Shown piece by piece: positions 21,437 to 31,446 of a stretch of DNA of 64,000 nucleotides (position 1 is the first letter of the stretch; each line of letters starts with the position of its first letter). The notes below the pieces were generated by a model. That model was not told the DNA's origin. It saw nothing but the letters and a program-made list of their open reading frames with translations, and did no database searches. Origin of the DNA: an uncultured delta proteobacterium (GTDB taxonomy: Bacteria; Desulfobacterota; Binatia; UBA9968); the NCBI GenBank assembly GCA_963771465.1, contig CAVYTU010000011.1:216581-280580 (forward strand), given 5' to 3'. Both the position numbers and the translations under genes were made by a program.

Positions 21437-22552
21437 GTGAACACTCCAGCCAAAATACTCGTCGTCGACGACACGCTGCGCAACGTCAAGCTGCTCGCCG
21501 ATCTGTTGAGTGTCAAAGGCTATGCCGCGATGACGGCTTCTTCCGGACAAGAAGCGTTGGCTAAGATCGCCGCGGAGGCGCCGGACTTGGTGCTTCTCGA
21601 CGTGGTGATGCCGGAGATGAGCGGCTACGAGGTTTGTCAGAAGATTCGCGAGAATTCAGCGACGGCGATGCTGCCGGTTATTATGGTCACGGCGCTCGAT
21701 CCCGCGGAAGAACGGGTAAAGGGAATTGAAGCAGGCGCGGATGATTTTCTCACCAAGCCGATCAATCAAGGCGAGTTGCTTGCGCGGGTGAAGTCGCTGC
21801 TGCGCATTAAGGAATTGCACGACACAGTTCAATCGCAAGCCGCCGAGCTCTCCGACTGGAACAAAAACTTGGAATTGCGGGTTCAGGAGCAGGTTCAACA
21901 GCTCGAACGCTTGGGACGGTTAAAACGATTCTTTTCACCTCAACTGGCCGAGCTGATCGTCAGCGGCGGCGCCGATGATCCGTTGAAGACGCACCGCTGC
22001 GAGCTGACCGTGGTGTTTCTCGACCTGCGCGGTTTCACGGCTTTCGCCGAAACCGCCGAGCCGGAAGAAGTGATGGGCGTGCTGCACGAGTATCATGCGG
22101 CGATGGGACGATTGATTCTCGATTACGAAGCGACGCTGGAACATTTTGCCGGCGACGGCATGATGATTTTCTTCAATGACCCGGTGCCGGTGGCCAATCC
22201 CGCGGAGCGGGCAATCCGCATGACGCTGGCGATGCGTGCGCGCGTGACCGAGCTTGGCGCCAAGTGGCAGAAGCTCGGTTACGATCTCGGCTTCGGCGTC
22301 GGTATCGCGCAGGGCTATGCGACCATCGGCGCCATCGGCTTCGAAGGACGCTGGGAATACGGCGCCATCGGCAGCGTGCCCAATCTAGCAGCGCGTCTGT
22401 GCGGCGAAGCGAAGCCGGGAGAGATTTTGATCGCTCAACGGCTATTGGCCAGCAGTGAAGAGTGGGTCGAGTACGAAGCGGTGGGCGAGTTAACGCTCAA
22501 AGGTTTTCATCGTCCGGTGCCGGCTTACCGCGTCCTGCGGCTGAAGGATTAG
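21437..22552 (+). CDS. Response regulator receiver fused to class III adenylate/guanylate cyclase
   Basis: VVDD, LLDVVMP receiver; FLDLRGFT, FAGDG, PNLAARL cyclase motifs. Confidence 0.9.
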   Translation: MNTPAKILVVDDTLRNVKLLADLLSVKGYAAMTASSGQEALAKIAAEAPDLVLLDVVMPEMSGYEVCQKIRENSATAMLPVIMVTALDPAEERVKGIEAGADDFLTKPINQGELLARVKSLLRIKELHDTVQSQAAELSDWNKNLELRVQEQVQQLERLGRLKRFFSPQLAELIVSGGADDPLKTHRCELTVVFLDLRGFTAFAETAEPEEVMGVLHEYHAAMGRLILDYEATLEHFAGDGMMIFFNDPVPVANPAERAIRMTLAMRARVTELGAKWQKLGYDLGFGVGIAQGYATIGAIGFEGRWEYGAIGSVPNLAARLCGEAKPGEILIAQRLLASSEEWVEYEAVGELTLKGFHRPVPAYRVLRLKD

Positions 22553-22623
22553 AGCTGTCAGAGGTTACGGGCGAGGCGGAAAATTTGAAATTGTTATTTT
22601 GCTTGAACGGTGGAGCGCGAAAG

Positions 22624-23670
22624 ATGAACTTATTGGTTTTTATTATGCTGGCGTCGCTGGGTTGGACGCCAATTGGGTTGGCGCAGACGCGCAGGCCCAT
22701 GTCAGTGGCCGAGTTGGCTGCTTATAACAAACCGGACCGTGAAAAGATTCTCTACGATGGCGCGAAAAAGGAAGGCAAGCTGACGTGGTACACGTCACTC
22801 ACCGGCGGGCCGAATACCGACATGCCGCGAGTATTTCTGCAAAAGTATCCCGGCGTAGCCGTCGAGGTCTATCGCGGCGATAGCGACGCGCTAATGTCGC
22901 GCATCATGCAAGAGGCGCAGGCGAAACGGTACATCGTCGATACCTTGGAGACTACATTCCCGGTTCTCAAGGTCATGCAAGAGCTGAAATTGCTTCAGCC
23001 CTATTTCTCGCCCCATCTCGCGATTTACCCAGACGAAGTGAAAGAGAAAGCCGATAGAGGTATGGTTTACTGGTCAACCGATCGTGAGTCCTACATCGGT
23101 TTGGCCTACAACACCAATGCGGTGCAGGGCAATGCGATCCCAAAGAGTTTCGACGATCTGCTGAAACCGGAATCGAGAGGCAAAATCGGCTTTACCACCA
23201 CCGACACCGGCGCCCGCGTGATCGGCGCGATGTTGGCGGCAAAGGGCGCCGAGTTCGTGCAGAAACTCAAGGCGCAGCAGATCACTATTTATCCGGTGTC
23301 GGGCCGGGCGATCCTCGACATGGTTATTTCCGGCGAGATCGGTGTTTCGCCGACGACTTTCCTGAGTCATTCGCGCGTGTCGATATCCAAGGGCGCGCCG
23401 ATCAAGTGGGCGCCGATGGATCTCGTGCCGACCAATGCCGGCGGGATCGCGTTGCCTGCCAACGCGCCGCATCCCCACGCGGCGCTGCTGTTCGGCGACT
23501 TCATGTTGAGTCCCCACGGGCAAAAGTTCTTGAGCAATTACGGTCTCGATAGCGCGCTCAACAAACCGGCTTTCAAACGCTACTATGCCGAAGCTGGGAT
23601 GAACGCGGAGAAGTACGAGATGGAGAGTGAGAAATGGGAAAAACTGCTCAAGGAGATTGGTAGGAAGTAG
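22624..23670 (+). CDS. ABC transporter extracellular solute-binding protein (iron/thiamine-like family)
   Basis: Signal peptide; AKKEGKLTWYTS; APHPHAALLF. Confidence 0.8.
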   Translation: MNLLVFIMLASLGWTPIGLAQTRRPMSVAELAAYNKPDREKILYDGAKKEGKLTWYTSLTGGPNTDMPRVFLQKYPGVAVEVYRGDSDALMSRIMQEAQAKRYIVDTLETTFPVLKVMQELKLLQPYFSPHLAIYPDEVKEKADRGMVYWSTDRESYIGLAYNTNAVQGNAIPKSFDDLLKPESRGKIGFTTTDTGARVIGAMLAAKGAEFVQKLKAQQITIYPVSGRAILDMVISGEIGVSPTTFLSHSRVSISKGAPIKWAPMDLVPTNAGGIALPANAPHPHAALLFGDFMLSPHGQKFLSNYGLDSALNKPAFKRYYAEAGMNAEKYEMESEKWEKLLKEIGRK

Positions 23671-23751
23671 TCGAAAACGGGTAAGGGATGAAGGGTAGAG
23701 GGTGCGGAACGATAGAGCCCCTTACGCCTTCACCGCGTATGCGCGCAAGCT

Positions 23752-24462
23752 ATGGTTCAGCCTCGTAACGCCTCCACCGTCGTCCTGCTCCGTCCCGACG
23801 ATCGCGGTAGTTTTGAAATTCTCCTGACTCGGCGGCCGATGGAGATGCGTTTTCTTGGCGGCTTCTATGTGTTTCCCGGTGGGACGGTTCATCGCGATGA
23901 CTACGCACCGAAGACCTTGGAACGCTGTCGTGCCCTTAGCGGCACTGACGCGCGGAAAATTCTTGGCAGCAATCACGAACCGGACGAAACGCTCGGACAT
24001 TGGGTCGCCGTGGTGCGCGAGCTGTTCGAGGAAGTCGGTGTTCTCCTGTGCGTGAACGAGTCCGGCGAGGATGTCGACCTCGCTGCTGAAGAAACCAAGC
24101 AGCGCATGGAGCTCAAACGCCAAGCGATCGTTAAGCAGCAATTGGACTTCGGCGCGTTTTTGCAAGCGGAAAATCTCTACTGCGATTTATCGCGAGTGGT
24201 TTACTTCGATCACTGGGTGACACCGGAGATTTATTCCATGCGCTTTGACACGCGCTTCTATGTCGCCGTCCTGCCATCTAATCAGATTCCGCTCTCCCGC
24301 TCGGAAGAGGTCACGCATAGTCTGTGGATCAAGCCCGCCGCCGCGCTATCACGTTTGGACCGGCGCGACTTTCCGATCCTGCCGCCGACGACCACGGTGC
24401 TGCATGAACTCGGGGGGATCGCTTCTTGGGATGATTTGCGGCGGCGATTCGGTCTCCCATAA
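23752..24462 (+). CDS. NUDIX hydrolase (Nudt19-like)
   Basis: VFPGG..D, VRELFEEVG, WVTP..RFDTRFY. Confidence 0.85.
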   Translation: MVQPRNASTVVLLRPDDRGSFEILLTRRPMEMRFLGGFYVFPGGTVHRDDYAPKTLERCRALSGTDARKILGSNHEPDETLGHWVAVVRELFEEVGVLLCVNESGEDVDLAAEETKQRMELKRQAIVKQQLDFGAFLQAENLYCDLSRVVYFDHWVTPEIYSMRFDTRFYVAVLPSNQIPLSRSEEVTHSLWIKPAAALSRLDRRDFPILPPTTTVLHELGGIASWDDLRRRFGLP

Positions 24463-24617
24463 TCCGGCGGACGTTCAATTCAAGCCGAATTAAGCGCATC
24501 TGCACGCAGCACTTCGCGGCCCGGTGCATTCGTCCCGAGAGTATTGACGGTTGCTCTCGAAGTGTTAAAACGGCTTTGGGCTGTAGCGAATTCCAATCTA
24601 ATACGGGAGGTAGAATT

Positions 24618-25121
24618 ATGGCGACGGTCAAGTTCAAGGATGCGACATTGACGCTGGTTGGGAGCGACGTGAAGGTTGGCCAGACAGCGCCGGATTTCAA
24701 AGTACAGAAAAGCGCGGACATGAGTGACTACACGTTGGCGAGCGGCGCGGGGAAGACCCGCATCATCGCGACCGTGCCGTCCCTCGATACGCCGGTGTGC
24801 GACCTGGAAGCTAAGCGTTTCAATGAAGAGGCGAGCAAGCTCGGCAACGTCGAGATCGTTGTCGTCAGCATGGATCTGCCCTTCGCCCAAAAGCGCTGGT
24901 GCGGCGCGGCCAACGCCGACAAGGTCATCACGGCGAGCGATCACCGCGAGGCGTCGTTCGGCAAAAATTACGGCCTATTGATTTCCGGCGGCCCGCTCGA
25001 TCGCGTGCTGGCGCGCGCAGTGTTTGTCATCGCGCCGGACAATAAGCTCAAACACGTGGAATATGTCGGCAGCATCGGCGAGCATCCCAACTACGACGCC
25101 GCCCTGGCCGCCGCCAAATAA
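24618..25121 (+). CDS. tpx: Thiol peroxidase (atypical 2-Cys peroxiredoxin)
   Basis: PSLDTPVC, SMDLPFAQKRWC, LARAVFV. Confidence 0.93.
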   Translation: MATVKFKDATLTLVGSDVKVGQTAPDFKVQKSADMSDYTLASGAGKTRIIATVPSLDTPVCDLEAKRFNEEASKLGNVEIVVVSMDLPFAQKRWCGAANADKVITASDHREASFGKNYGLLISGGPLDRVLARAVFVIAPDNKLKHVEYVGSIGEHPNYDAALAAAK

Positions 25122-25169
25122 CCGGCGCGCCCCTTTTACCAGAGTTCGAGCTTTTCATAGCGAGTTCGC

Positions 25170-25207
25170 AAGCCCGGCGGGATGATTTCCCGTCGGGCTT
25201 ATTTTTT
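25170..25207 (+). terminator. Intrinsic terminator
   Basis: AAGCCCGGCGGGA-TGATT-TCCCGTCGGGCTT then ATTTTTT. Confidence 0.75.
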
Positions 25208-25360
25208 TCAATCTTGACCTTTTTCAAGGAGCCGGCAAACGGGATCTGCACGATCAATCGTCCGCATCTCGCTCGCCACATTGAATTTTGCCCGCCAGTG
25301 TTTATATTAAATCTTGAGCGTTCGTTGGAACGCTTAATTTTTTTTGGAGGACAAATCATC

Positions 25361-25831
25361 ATGATCGGAGTTGGACAACAAGCTCCCGACTTCGAACTGG
25401 CGAGCCACTTGGCTGGAACCAAGTTCACCCTGAATCAGTTCAAAGGTCAGAAAAACGTCATGTTGGTGTTCTATCCGCTGGATTGGACGCCAACTTGAAG
25501 CAAGGAAGTGCCGGGACTCGAAGCGTTGAAGAGCGAGTTTCAGGCCTGTGACACCCAAGTGTTGGGTGTGAGTATCGACAGCAGATTTTCCCATGATAAC
25601 TGGGCAAAGTCTTTGGGCGGAATATCTTTTCCGCTCTTGCAGGATTTTCATCCGAAGGGCGACATGGCGGCGAAGTACGGCGCGTATCTCGCGGATAAAG
25701 GAATCACTGACCGTGCGACGGTCATCGTCGACAAACAAGGCCTTGTGCGCTATGCGGTTTCTGTGACCACCGCGGGCGAGCGTAACCCCAAAGAACTCTT
25801 GGCGGAATGCCAAAAGGTCAATAAAGGATAA
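25361..25831 (+). CDS. AhpC/TSA (AhpE-like) peroxiredoxin with in-frame UGA at the peroxidatic position; probable selenoprotein
   Basis: FYPLDWTPT-TGA(25496-25498)-SKEV continues in frame to VLGVSID..LQDFHPKG..RATVIVDKQG; 156 aa; GGAGG RBS. Confidence 0.85.
25510..25545 (+). promoter_or_regulatory. Candidate SECIS hairpin
   Basis: GGGACTCG (25513-25520) can pair with CGAGTTTC (25534-25541) just downstream of the UGA; folded by eye only. Confidence 0.4.
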
Positions 25832-25841
25832 CGGTCTGACG

Positions 25842-26081
25842 ATGGCGATGGAACTTTACTTCTACGACGAATGCGGTTTCTCGCAGAGCGTGCTCAACTG
25901 CCTGACCAATCTGCACTGTGAGGATAAGATCACAAAAAAGAATATTCGGGAAAACCCCGACTATGAAGCGGAACTGATCGCGCTCACCGGCGCGATGACG
26001 GTGCCGGTATTGGTTGTCGACGGCAAGACGCTCAAAGGCTCTGAGGAGATTAATCAATTTCTTGTCGGGAAATTCAAGTAG
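25842..26081 (+). CDS. Glutaredoxin-like protein
   Basis: CGFS active-site motif; TVPVLVVDG. Confidence 0.8.
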   Translation: MAMELYFYDECGFSQSVLNCLTNLHCEDKITKKNIRENPDYEAELIALTGAMTVPVLVVDGKTLKGSEEINQFLVGKFK

Positions 26082-26107
26082 CCGAATTTGTTTTCGCCAT
26101 GGGTGAT

Positions 26108-26140
26108 AGGGGACGGAGACAATCTCCGTCCCCTTTTTTT
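26108..26140 (+). terminator. Intrinsic terminator
   Basis: AGGGGACGGAGA-CAA-TCTCCGTCCCCT followed by a T-run. Confidence 0.85.
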
Positions 26141-26278
26141 GCACCTCAAAAAACGGAAAACCAATTCCGCAACCTTCGTGTTCTTCGGATCTTGCGTGAT
26201 GCGTGCCTTTGACTCCTGGACGGGATCTAGCTGCACGACGACTTGCGCCGAGCGGCGAGGTGGAATAACCAAGCTTTC

Positions 26279-27069
26279 ATGCCGTTCACGGTGGCAACAT
26301 ATAACGTTCTGGCCAGCGCTTACATCCAGCGCGCCTGGTATCGGCGCACGCCGGCGCTGGCGCTAACGCCAGCGTGGCGGGTGCCGGCGTTGGTCCAGCA
26401 TATTTCCAAGCTCGGCGCGGACATCATTTGCCTGCAGGAGGTCGAGCCGGAAATTTTCGTTGCCTTGCGGACGACGCTCGGCGAGCGCGGCTACGGCGGC
26501 CAATACGCGCGCAAACTTGCCAGGCGACCCGACGGCGTCGCGCTGTTTTATCGGCGCGAGATTCTTGAATTGCTCAGCGCCCGCGTGCTCGCTTACACGG
26601 ATGGCGCTGGCGCGCCGGATTCCGGTTACGTTGCGTCAATTGCGCTATTGCGCAGCGCCGACGGCATACTCGGCATTATCAATACGCATCTCATATGGGA
26701 CGCGCCTGGAACAGCGCCAGCGGCGCAAATCGGTTTACGTCAAGCGCGGCAACTCTTGACCGAGTACGAGGGCTGCGCGGCCGATGCGCGCGGCTGGATC
26801 GTCAGCGGCGATCTCAACGTGACGCCGCAGAGCGAAATTGTCGCCCTGATGGAACAATCCGGTTTTCGATATGCGCACTGCGATCTCCCAGATGTTTATA
26901 CTTGCAACGTCGGCGCAAAAGCGCGCCTGATCGACTATCTATTCCATTCGGCGAAATTTTACGCAACCCATTGGCGCCGACTCGGATCGATGACAAAACT
27001 ATTTTGCCATCGGCGAGTGAGCCGTCGGATCACGTGGCGCTTATGGCGACGTTCACCTGGAAAGATTAG
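26279..27069 (+). CDS. Endonuclease/exonuclease/phosphatase (CCR4/nocturnin-like); frameshift near 26970
   Basis: TYNVLA, ICLQEV, GDLN, IDYL in one frame; PSDH in the next. Confidence 0.8.
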
Positions 27070-28481
27070 GCGAGTCGATCGAGTTGCCAGGCGGTGACCA
27101 AAGCGTATTGAATTCGCTTGATCATGACGAAGGCTTCCCTTAGGTGGCGACGTTCTAAGATTGACAAGTCGGCAAGGACCACGCTGTGATCGATCGCGCG
27201 CATGGCCGTCAGGGACTTTAGTTGTGCCTGAAGCCTGAGCTTAAAAAAGAATGGATAGATTTCGCTCAGAGCGGTGGCATCTTCTTGGCTGAGTAGTGCG
27301 CTGGATGTTTTCGCGACTGCGAGCCGCTCCAGCGTTGACCGTTCAAGTGATCCGGCGGCGAGTGCGGCGACGCGCGCTAGGCCAACGATGGGAGCGATGC
27401 CGCTTCGCTTCAAATCCACCTTGCCGTGGGTTCCGCGCAGGCGATTGAAAAATCCCAAAGGTGGGTAGAAGTCCATCGCGCCGCGCACCATGTGCGAAAG
27501 AAATAGTTTTTGCGATTTCGCCGAGTCGATAATTTCGTCAAGCGATTCGAGCGAAAGATTTCCCGCGACGGCGCGAAAGTCGAAAAAAATCGCGGCGTCG
27601 AGCAACGCTTCCGGTTTCGGCAGCCGGATCCATTGACTGAAAAGTTCACGCCACTGTGCTAGCGGCTTACACCAGTTGGTCGCCATAAATCCGCCGGCGC
27701 AGGGCGGAAAGCCGGCTTGAATTAAGCCGTTTACTACTTCGTGCCCCAACGCAGTGAAGTAAACGCGCGCGGCATCAGATTCCACCCCGTAGATTAGCGC
27801 GTTGTCTTGATCGGTGAGCAGCGCCTGCTCTAGCCTTCCTTCGGAGCCAAAGGCGATCCAGGCAAACTGCGTCGGCGCGCTGCCAAGTTTGGCAATGGCC
27901 AGCGCGACGAGGCGTCTGACCAGAGCGTCGTTGAGACTCGAAACGATCTCGCTGATGTGAATGGCAGCGAGGCCGCTATTGAAAAGTGAGCTTACCAATT
28001 GGCCGATTTCTCCGGCGTAGTTGGCAGCTTTAGCGGAATCGTCCAGCGATTCGATGAAGCCGCGCAGATAAACCGGACTTTTCCCCTGTTGAAATAGCAA
28101 ATCAGTGGCGCTCACCACGCCGACGATTTTTCCTGCTTCAGTCACCGGTAGATGATGAATGTTTTCTTCGAGCATCAGGCGCAGCGCGGCGTAGGTTGGC
28201 GCGTTGGCATCGATGGTCTTCACCGGTCGAGTCATGACTTGGCTGACCGAAGTTTCGGCTCCTAGACTCGCGGCCAGAACTCGGCCGCGCAGATCGCGGT
28301 CGGTGACGATACCCGGGGGCGCCGTAGAGACTAAAATGGATCCGACGCGCTCTGCTTGCATCGCCTGCGCCGCCTCGGCGACGGTGGCGCTGGCTTCAAC
28401 GTAGAGCGGCGCGCGCTTGACGAGATGCCTTACCGGCAGCGCGAGAGTCGAATTGTCTAGAGTGGAGTTAGAGTTTGCCAT
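27066..28481 (-). CDS. CBS-pair plus DUF294 nucleotidyltransferase-like protein
   Basis: GIVTDRDLR CBS; FGSEGRLEQ..TDQDN; FFDFR; DLK..G. Confidence 0.88.
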   Translation of the reverse strand: MANSNSTLDNSTLALPVRHLVKRAPLYVEASATVAEAAQAMQAERVGSILVSTAPPGIVTDRDLRGRVLAASLGAETSVSQVMTRPVKTIDANAPTYAALRLMLEENIHHLPVTEAGKIVGVVSATDLLFQQGKSPVYLRGFIESLDDSAKAANYAGEIGQLVSSLFNSGLAAIHISEIVSSLNDALVRRLVALAIAKLGSAPTQFAWIAFGSEGRLEQALLTDQDNALIYGVESDAARVYFTALGHEVVNGLIQAGFPPCAGGFMATNWCKPLAQWRELFSQWIRLPKPEALLDAAIFFDFRAVAGNLSLESLDEIIDSAKSQKLFLSHMVRGAMDFYPPLGFFNRLRGTHGKVDLKRSGIAPIVGLARVAALAAGSLERSTLERLAVAKTSSALLSQEDATALSEIYPFFFKLRLQAQLKSLTAMRAIDHSVVLADLSILERRHLREAFVMIKRIQYALVTAWQLDRLA

Positions 28482-28585
28482 GAGAGCAGCGGTTGCCGGT
28501 GCATAGCGCCTCGGAAGAGTCGCGCTATCAGTCTAAGGCGCAAGGTTGCGGTTAGGCAAATCGACGCTTTGCGGGGTCGGCAGGA

Positions 28586-28864
28586 TCATCTTGGCCAGAA
28601 TCGGCCGGCAAAAATCAGCAGCAGCCAAAGCAGCCCGTAGAAAAAAAGTGCGGCGGAAATGATGCGGTCGTCGGGAGTGTCTGGGTTTAACCATTTTTTC
28701 ACCGGTAGAGTCAGCGGCGCCGTGACGACGGAAAAAAACCAACGAAGCTTGCTGTCTGGCTTGCGGCTCAAGTGCGCGACGAGCTTGTGCAGGGCAAGAT
28801 AGAAAACCGCCATGAAGCAAAAGAAACGCAGCAGAAAAATGATTTGCCCGATGGGATCTATCAA
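28586..28864 (-). CDS. Small hypothetical membrane protein
   Basis: 92 aa with two hydrophobic segments, in operon position. Confidence 0.6.
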   Translation of the reverse strand: MIDPIGQIIFLLRFFCFMAVFYLALHKLVAHLSRKPDSKLRWFFSVVTAPLTLPVKKWLNPDTPDDRIISAALFFYGLLWLLLIFAGRFWPR

Positions 28865-28924
28865 ATTAGCGACGGTGTGCCGGGGCGAGATGAGCTCATC
28901 TCGCCCCGGTGGGTAGAAGTTATG

Positions 28925-30853
28925 TTAATGCGCCCGCGCTGGCAAATCGCGTCCCAGCGGATCGCCGGTGGTGGCTTGACCGCTCTTTGGATAGCGCACA
29001 CTGGCGACCAGATCTTGGACTTGCTTCGAAGGTTCCTCTGTCATCAGCGAAACAATCCATATGGTGATGAATCCGACCGGTAGCCCGAACGCAGCTGAAG
29101 CGATAGTCTGGGTGCCAAACCAAGAGACGCCGTAGAACCGGCTGCCGATCATGTAGTAAGCAGTCACGGCCAAACCGGCGATCATGCCTACGCATGCTCC
29201 TGTCTTGTTTGCCCGCTTCCACCAGATACCCATAACCAGCGCCGGAAAAAATGATGCGCCGGCCAAACTGAACGCCCACGCTACAAGCTCGACGATGATG
29301 GCGACCCGGAACGTCGCAACCCAGGCAGCGATCAGGGCGGTTACGACGAGCAATACTTTTGTGATGGTCAGTCGCTTGGTCAGCGACGCCTTGGGGTCGA
29401 TGACGTTGTAGTACAGGTCATGGGAGAAAGCATTGGCGATGGTCAATAAGAGCCCGTCCGCCGTGGACAGCGCCGCCGCTAAACCGCCGGCCATCACCAG
29501 GCCCGTGATCACGAATGGCAGGCCCGCAACCTCGGGCATCGACAGAACCACGAAGTCGGTGGACTTGACCACGAAGTCCGCCCACTGCACGATGCCGTCG
29601 CCGTTCTTATCGATCACGTCGAAGAGGCCGGCGGGCTGCCACAACGTGATCCAGCGCGGCAGGTCCGCGATCTGCGTGCCGACCAATTTTGCATAGATCA
29701 CGAAACGGGCGAAGGCGGCATACGCCGGCGCGGTGAAATAAAGCAGGAAAATAAAAAACAATGACCAGGCCACCGATGTGCGCGCCTCTCGCACCGAAGG
29801 GGTCGTATAGTAACGCGTGAGGATATGCGGCAGGCCCGCGGTGCCGACCATCAAGCAGAAAGTCAACGCCAGGAAGTTCCACATGCCGACGCCGCTTGGC
29901 ACCGTCAGGTACCGGCCAATTTTAGCATCGTCGCTTGCCGCGGGTGCGGTCGCCTGCTGGGTCGCTGTCTTTGCCGCCGCCTTGAGTTTGTCAACCTCGG
30001 CGTCGCTCAGATTACCCATTTTAATCTTCGCATTGGCCTCATCGGCATCCTTTTTCCACAGCGCGCGCGTCTCTTTCTCCTTGGCATCACGGGTGATCTC
30101 GATCGCTTTGGTATTGTTGGTCTGCAAGAGCCTGCCGTAAGTGAGCTCGGGGATAGGAATCGCGAACAGCTGATAGGAAAGATAGACGACCGGAACCAGA
30201 TACGAAACGATCAAGATGATGTACTGCGCCACCTGCGTCCAAGTGACCGACTTCATGCCGCCGAGCACCGAGCAGAAGAGCACGCCGATCAGGCCGACGA
30301 AGACGCCGATGTTGAAATCCAAGCCGATGAAGCGCGAGACGATGAGGCCAACGCCGGTTACTTGCGCGATCAGATAGGTGAAGGAGCAGGCGATCGCGGC
30401 GACAACGCCAATGACGCGGGCGAAATGGCCGCCATACCGGGCGCCGAGAAAATCCGGAATCGTGTAAGCGCCAAATTGCCGAAGATAGGGTCCCAAAAAC
30501 ACCGCGAGCAAGAGATAGCCGCCGGTCCAACCCATCACATAGGCAAGCCCGGCGAATCCCTGCGCAGACAACGCGCCAGCCATGGAGATGAACGACGCCG
30601 CTGACATCCAATCCGAGCCCGTGGCCATGCCGTTGAACACGGCCGGAACACCGCGACCGGCGACATAGTACTGATCGGGATTCGACGTCCGCGTGATAAT
30701 CCCGATCACGATGTAGATTCCGAGCGAGAGGCCCATGAAGATCCAACCGATCCACTGCGGTGACAGGCCGAAGAGCTGCTCGGCAATGCCGATGAGAATG
30801 GTGACACCAAGAAAACAAACCGTGTAGAGGCCGAATATTTTAGCTAAACTCAT
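28925..30853 (-). CDS. actP: Sodium:solute symporter (ActP/VC_2705 subfamily, cation/acetate)
   Basis: GSDWMSAASF, GGMKSVTWTQVAQY, GTAGLPHIL. Confidence 0.88.
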   Translation of the reverse strand: MSLAKIFGLYTVCFLGVTILIGIAEQLFGLSPQWIGWIFMGLSLGIYIVIGIITRTSNPDQYYVAGRGVPAVFNGMATGSDWMSAASFISMAGALSAQGFAGLAYVMGWTGGYLLLAVFLGPYLRQFGAYTIPDFLGARYGGHFARVIGVVAAIACSFTYLIAQVTGVGLIVSRFIGLDFNIGVFVGLIGVLFCSVLGGMKSVTWTQVAQYIILIVSYLVPVVYLSYQLFAIPIPELTYGRLLQTNNTKAIEITRDAKEKETRALWKKDADEANAKIKMGNLSDAEVDKLKAAAKTATQQATAPAASDDAKIGRYLTVPSGVGMWNFLALTFCLMVGTAGLPHILTRYYTTPSVREARTSVAWSLFFIFLLYFTAPAYAAFARFVIYAKLVGTQIADLPRWITLWQPAGLFDVIDKNGDGIVQWADFVVKSTDFVVLSMPEVAGLPFVITGLVMAGGLAAALSTADGLLLTIANAFSHDLYYNVIDPKASLTKRLTITKVLLVVTALIAAWVATFRVAIIVELVAWAFSLAGASFFPALVMGIWWKRANKTGACVGMIAGLAVTAYYMIGSRFYGVSWFGTQTIASAAFGLPVGFITIWIVSLMTEEPSKQVQDLVASVRYPKSGQATTGDPLGRDLPARAH

Positions 30854-30856
30854 GGC

Positions 30857-31126
30857 TCATCCCTCCTCATTGATGCCGTATTTGAGATCGTGCGCATTCA
30901 TCAGCTTGGCGTACACGGCGATCTCGATAACGAAGATCGCCAGCGAGCCCTGCGCCGCCATGTAGTAACCGAGAGGAAAACCCAGGAACGAGAATTGATT
31001 GAGCCAACCCGCCCAAAGGCCCGAGATAAGATAGGTGACAACGAACCAGATGATGAGCAGGACGGTGGTGAGAGTAACGTTATATTGCCAATACGACTTC
31101 TTTTGTTCCTCTGTGAGATCAGCCAT
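30857..31126 (-). CDS. DUF4212 small symporter accessory subunit
   Basis: YW..N..L, GFPLGYYMAAQGS; directly upstream of actP. Confidence 0.88.
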   Translation of the reverse strand: MADLTEEQKKSYWQYNVTLTTVLLIIWFVVTYLISGLWAGWLNQFSFLGFPLGYYMAAQGSLAIFVIEIAVYAKLMNAHDLKYGINEEG

Positions 31127-31446
31127 AAGCACCTCCTCGATGCGGTTTGGACCCAGCCACTACAAGAGAACATTGTCGTTATGAACGTTATGTCATTCGA
31201 GTAGCCCCAGTGTTCCATGATTGGAGTGCCACTCGTGGTGAGACATCAGTATCGACTCCCCAGGGCGATAACGGCGAGTTAGCGCCAGAGGCAGAGGAGC
31301 AATTGATATGCGCGGGCTTAACAAAGGCAGCGACAAGCTGTCAAGCGGTATTTTTGAAACGGTGGTTGACGGTCAAACCGTACCTGACGTAATTTAGGTT
31401 TCCCTAGAAACACATTTATGCTGACAGAAGGGAGCAAATTTGCCTC

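Noticed and set aside
25214-25831. Two separate ORFs or a nonsense pseudogene
   Set aside because: The single TGA sits exactly at the catalytic Cys position with both halves intact, which favours Sec.
31130-31440. Riboswitch or ncRNA in the actP/deacetylase divergent region
   Set aside because: No recognisable Rfam consensus by eye; an Infernal search would be needed.
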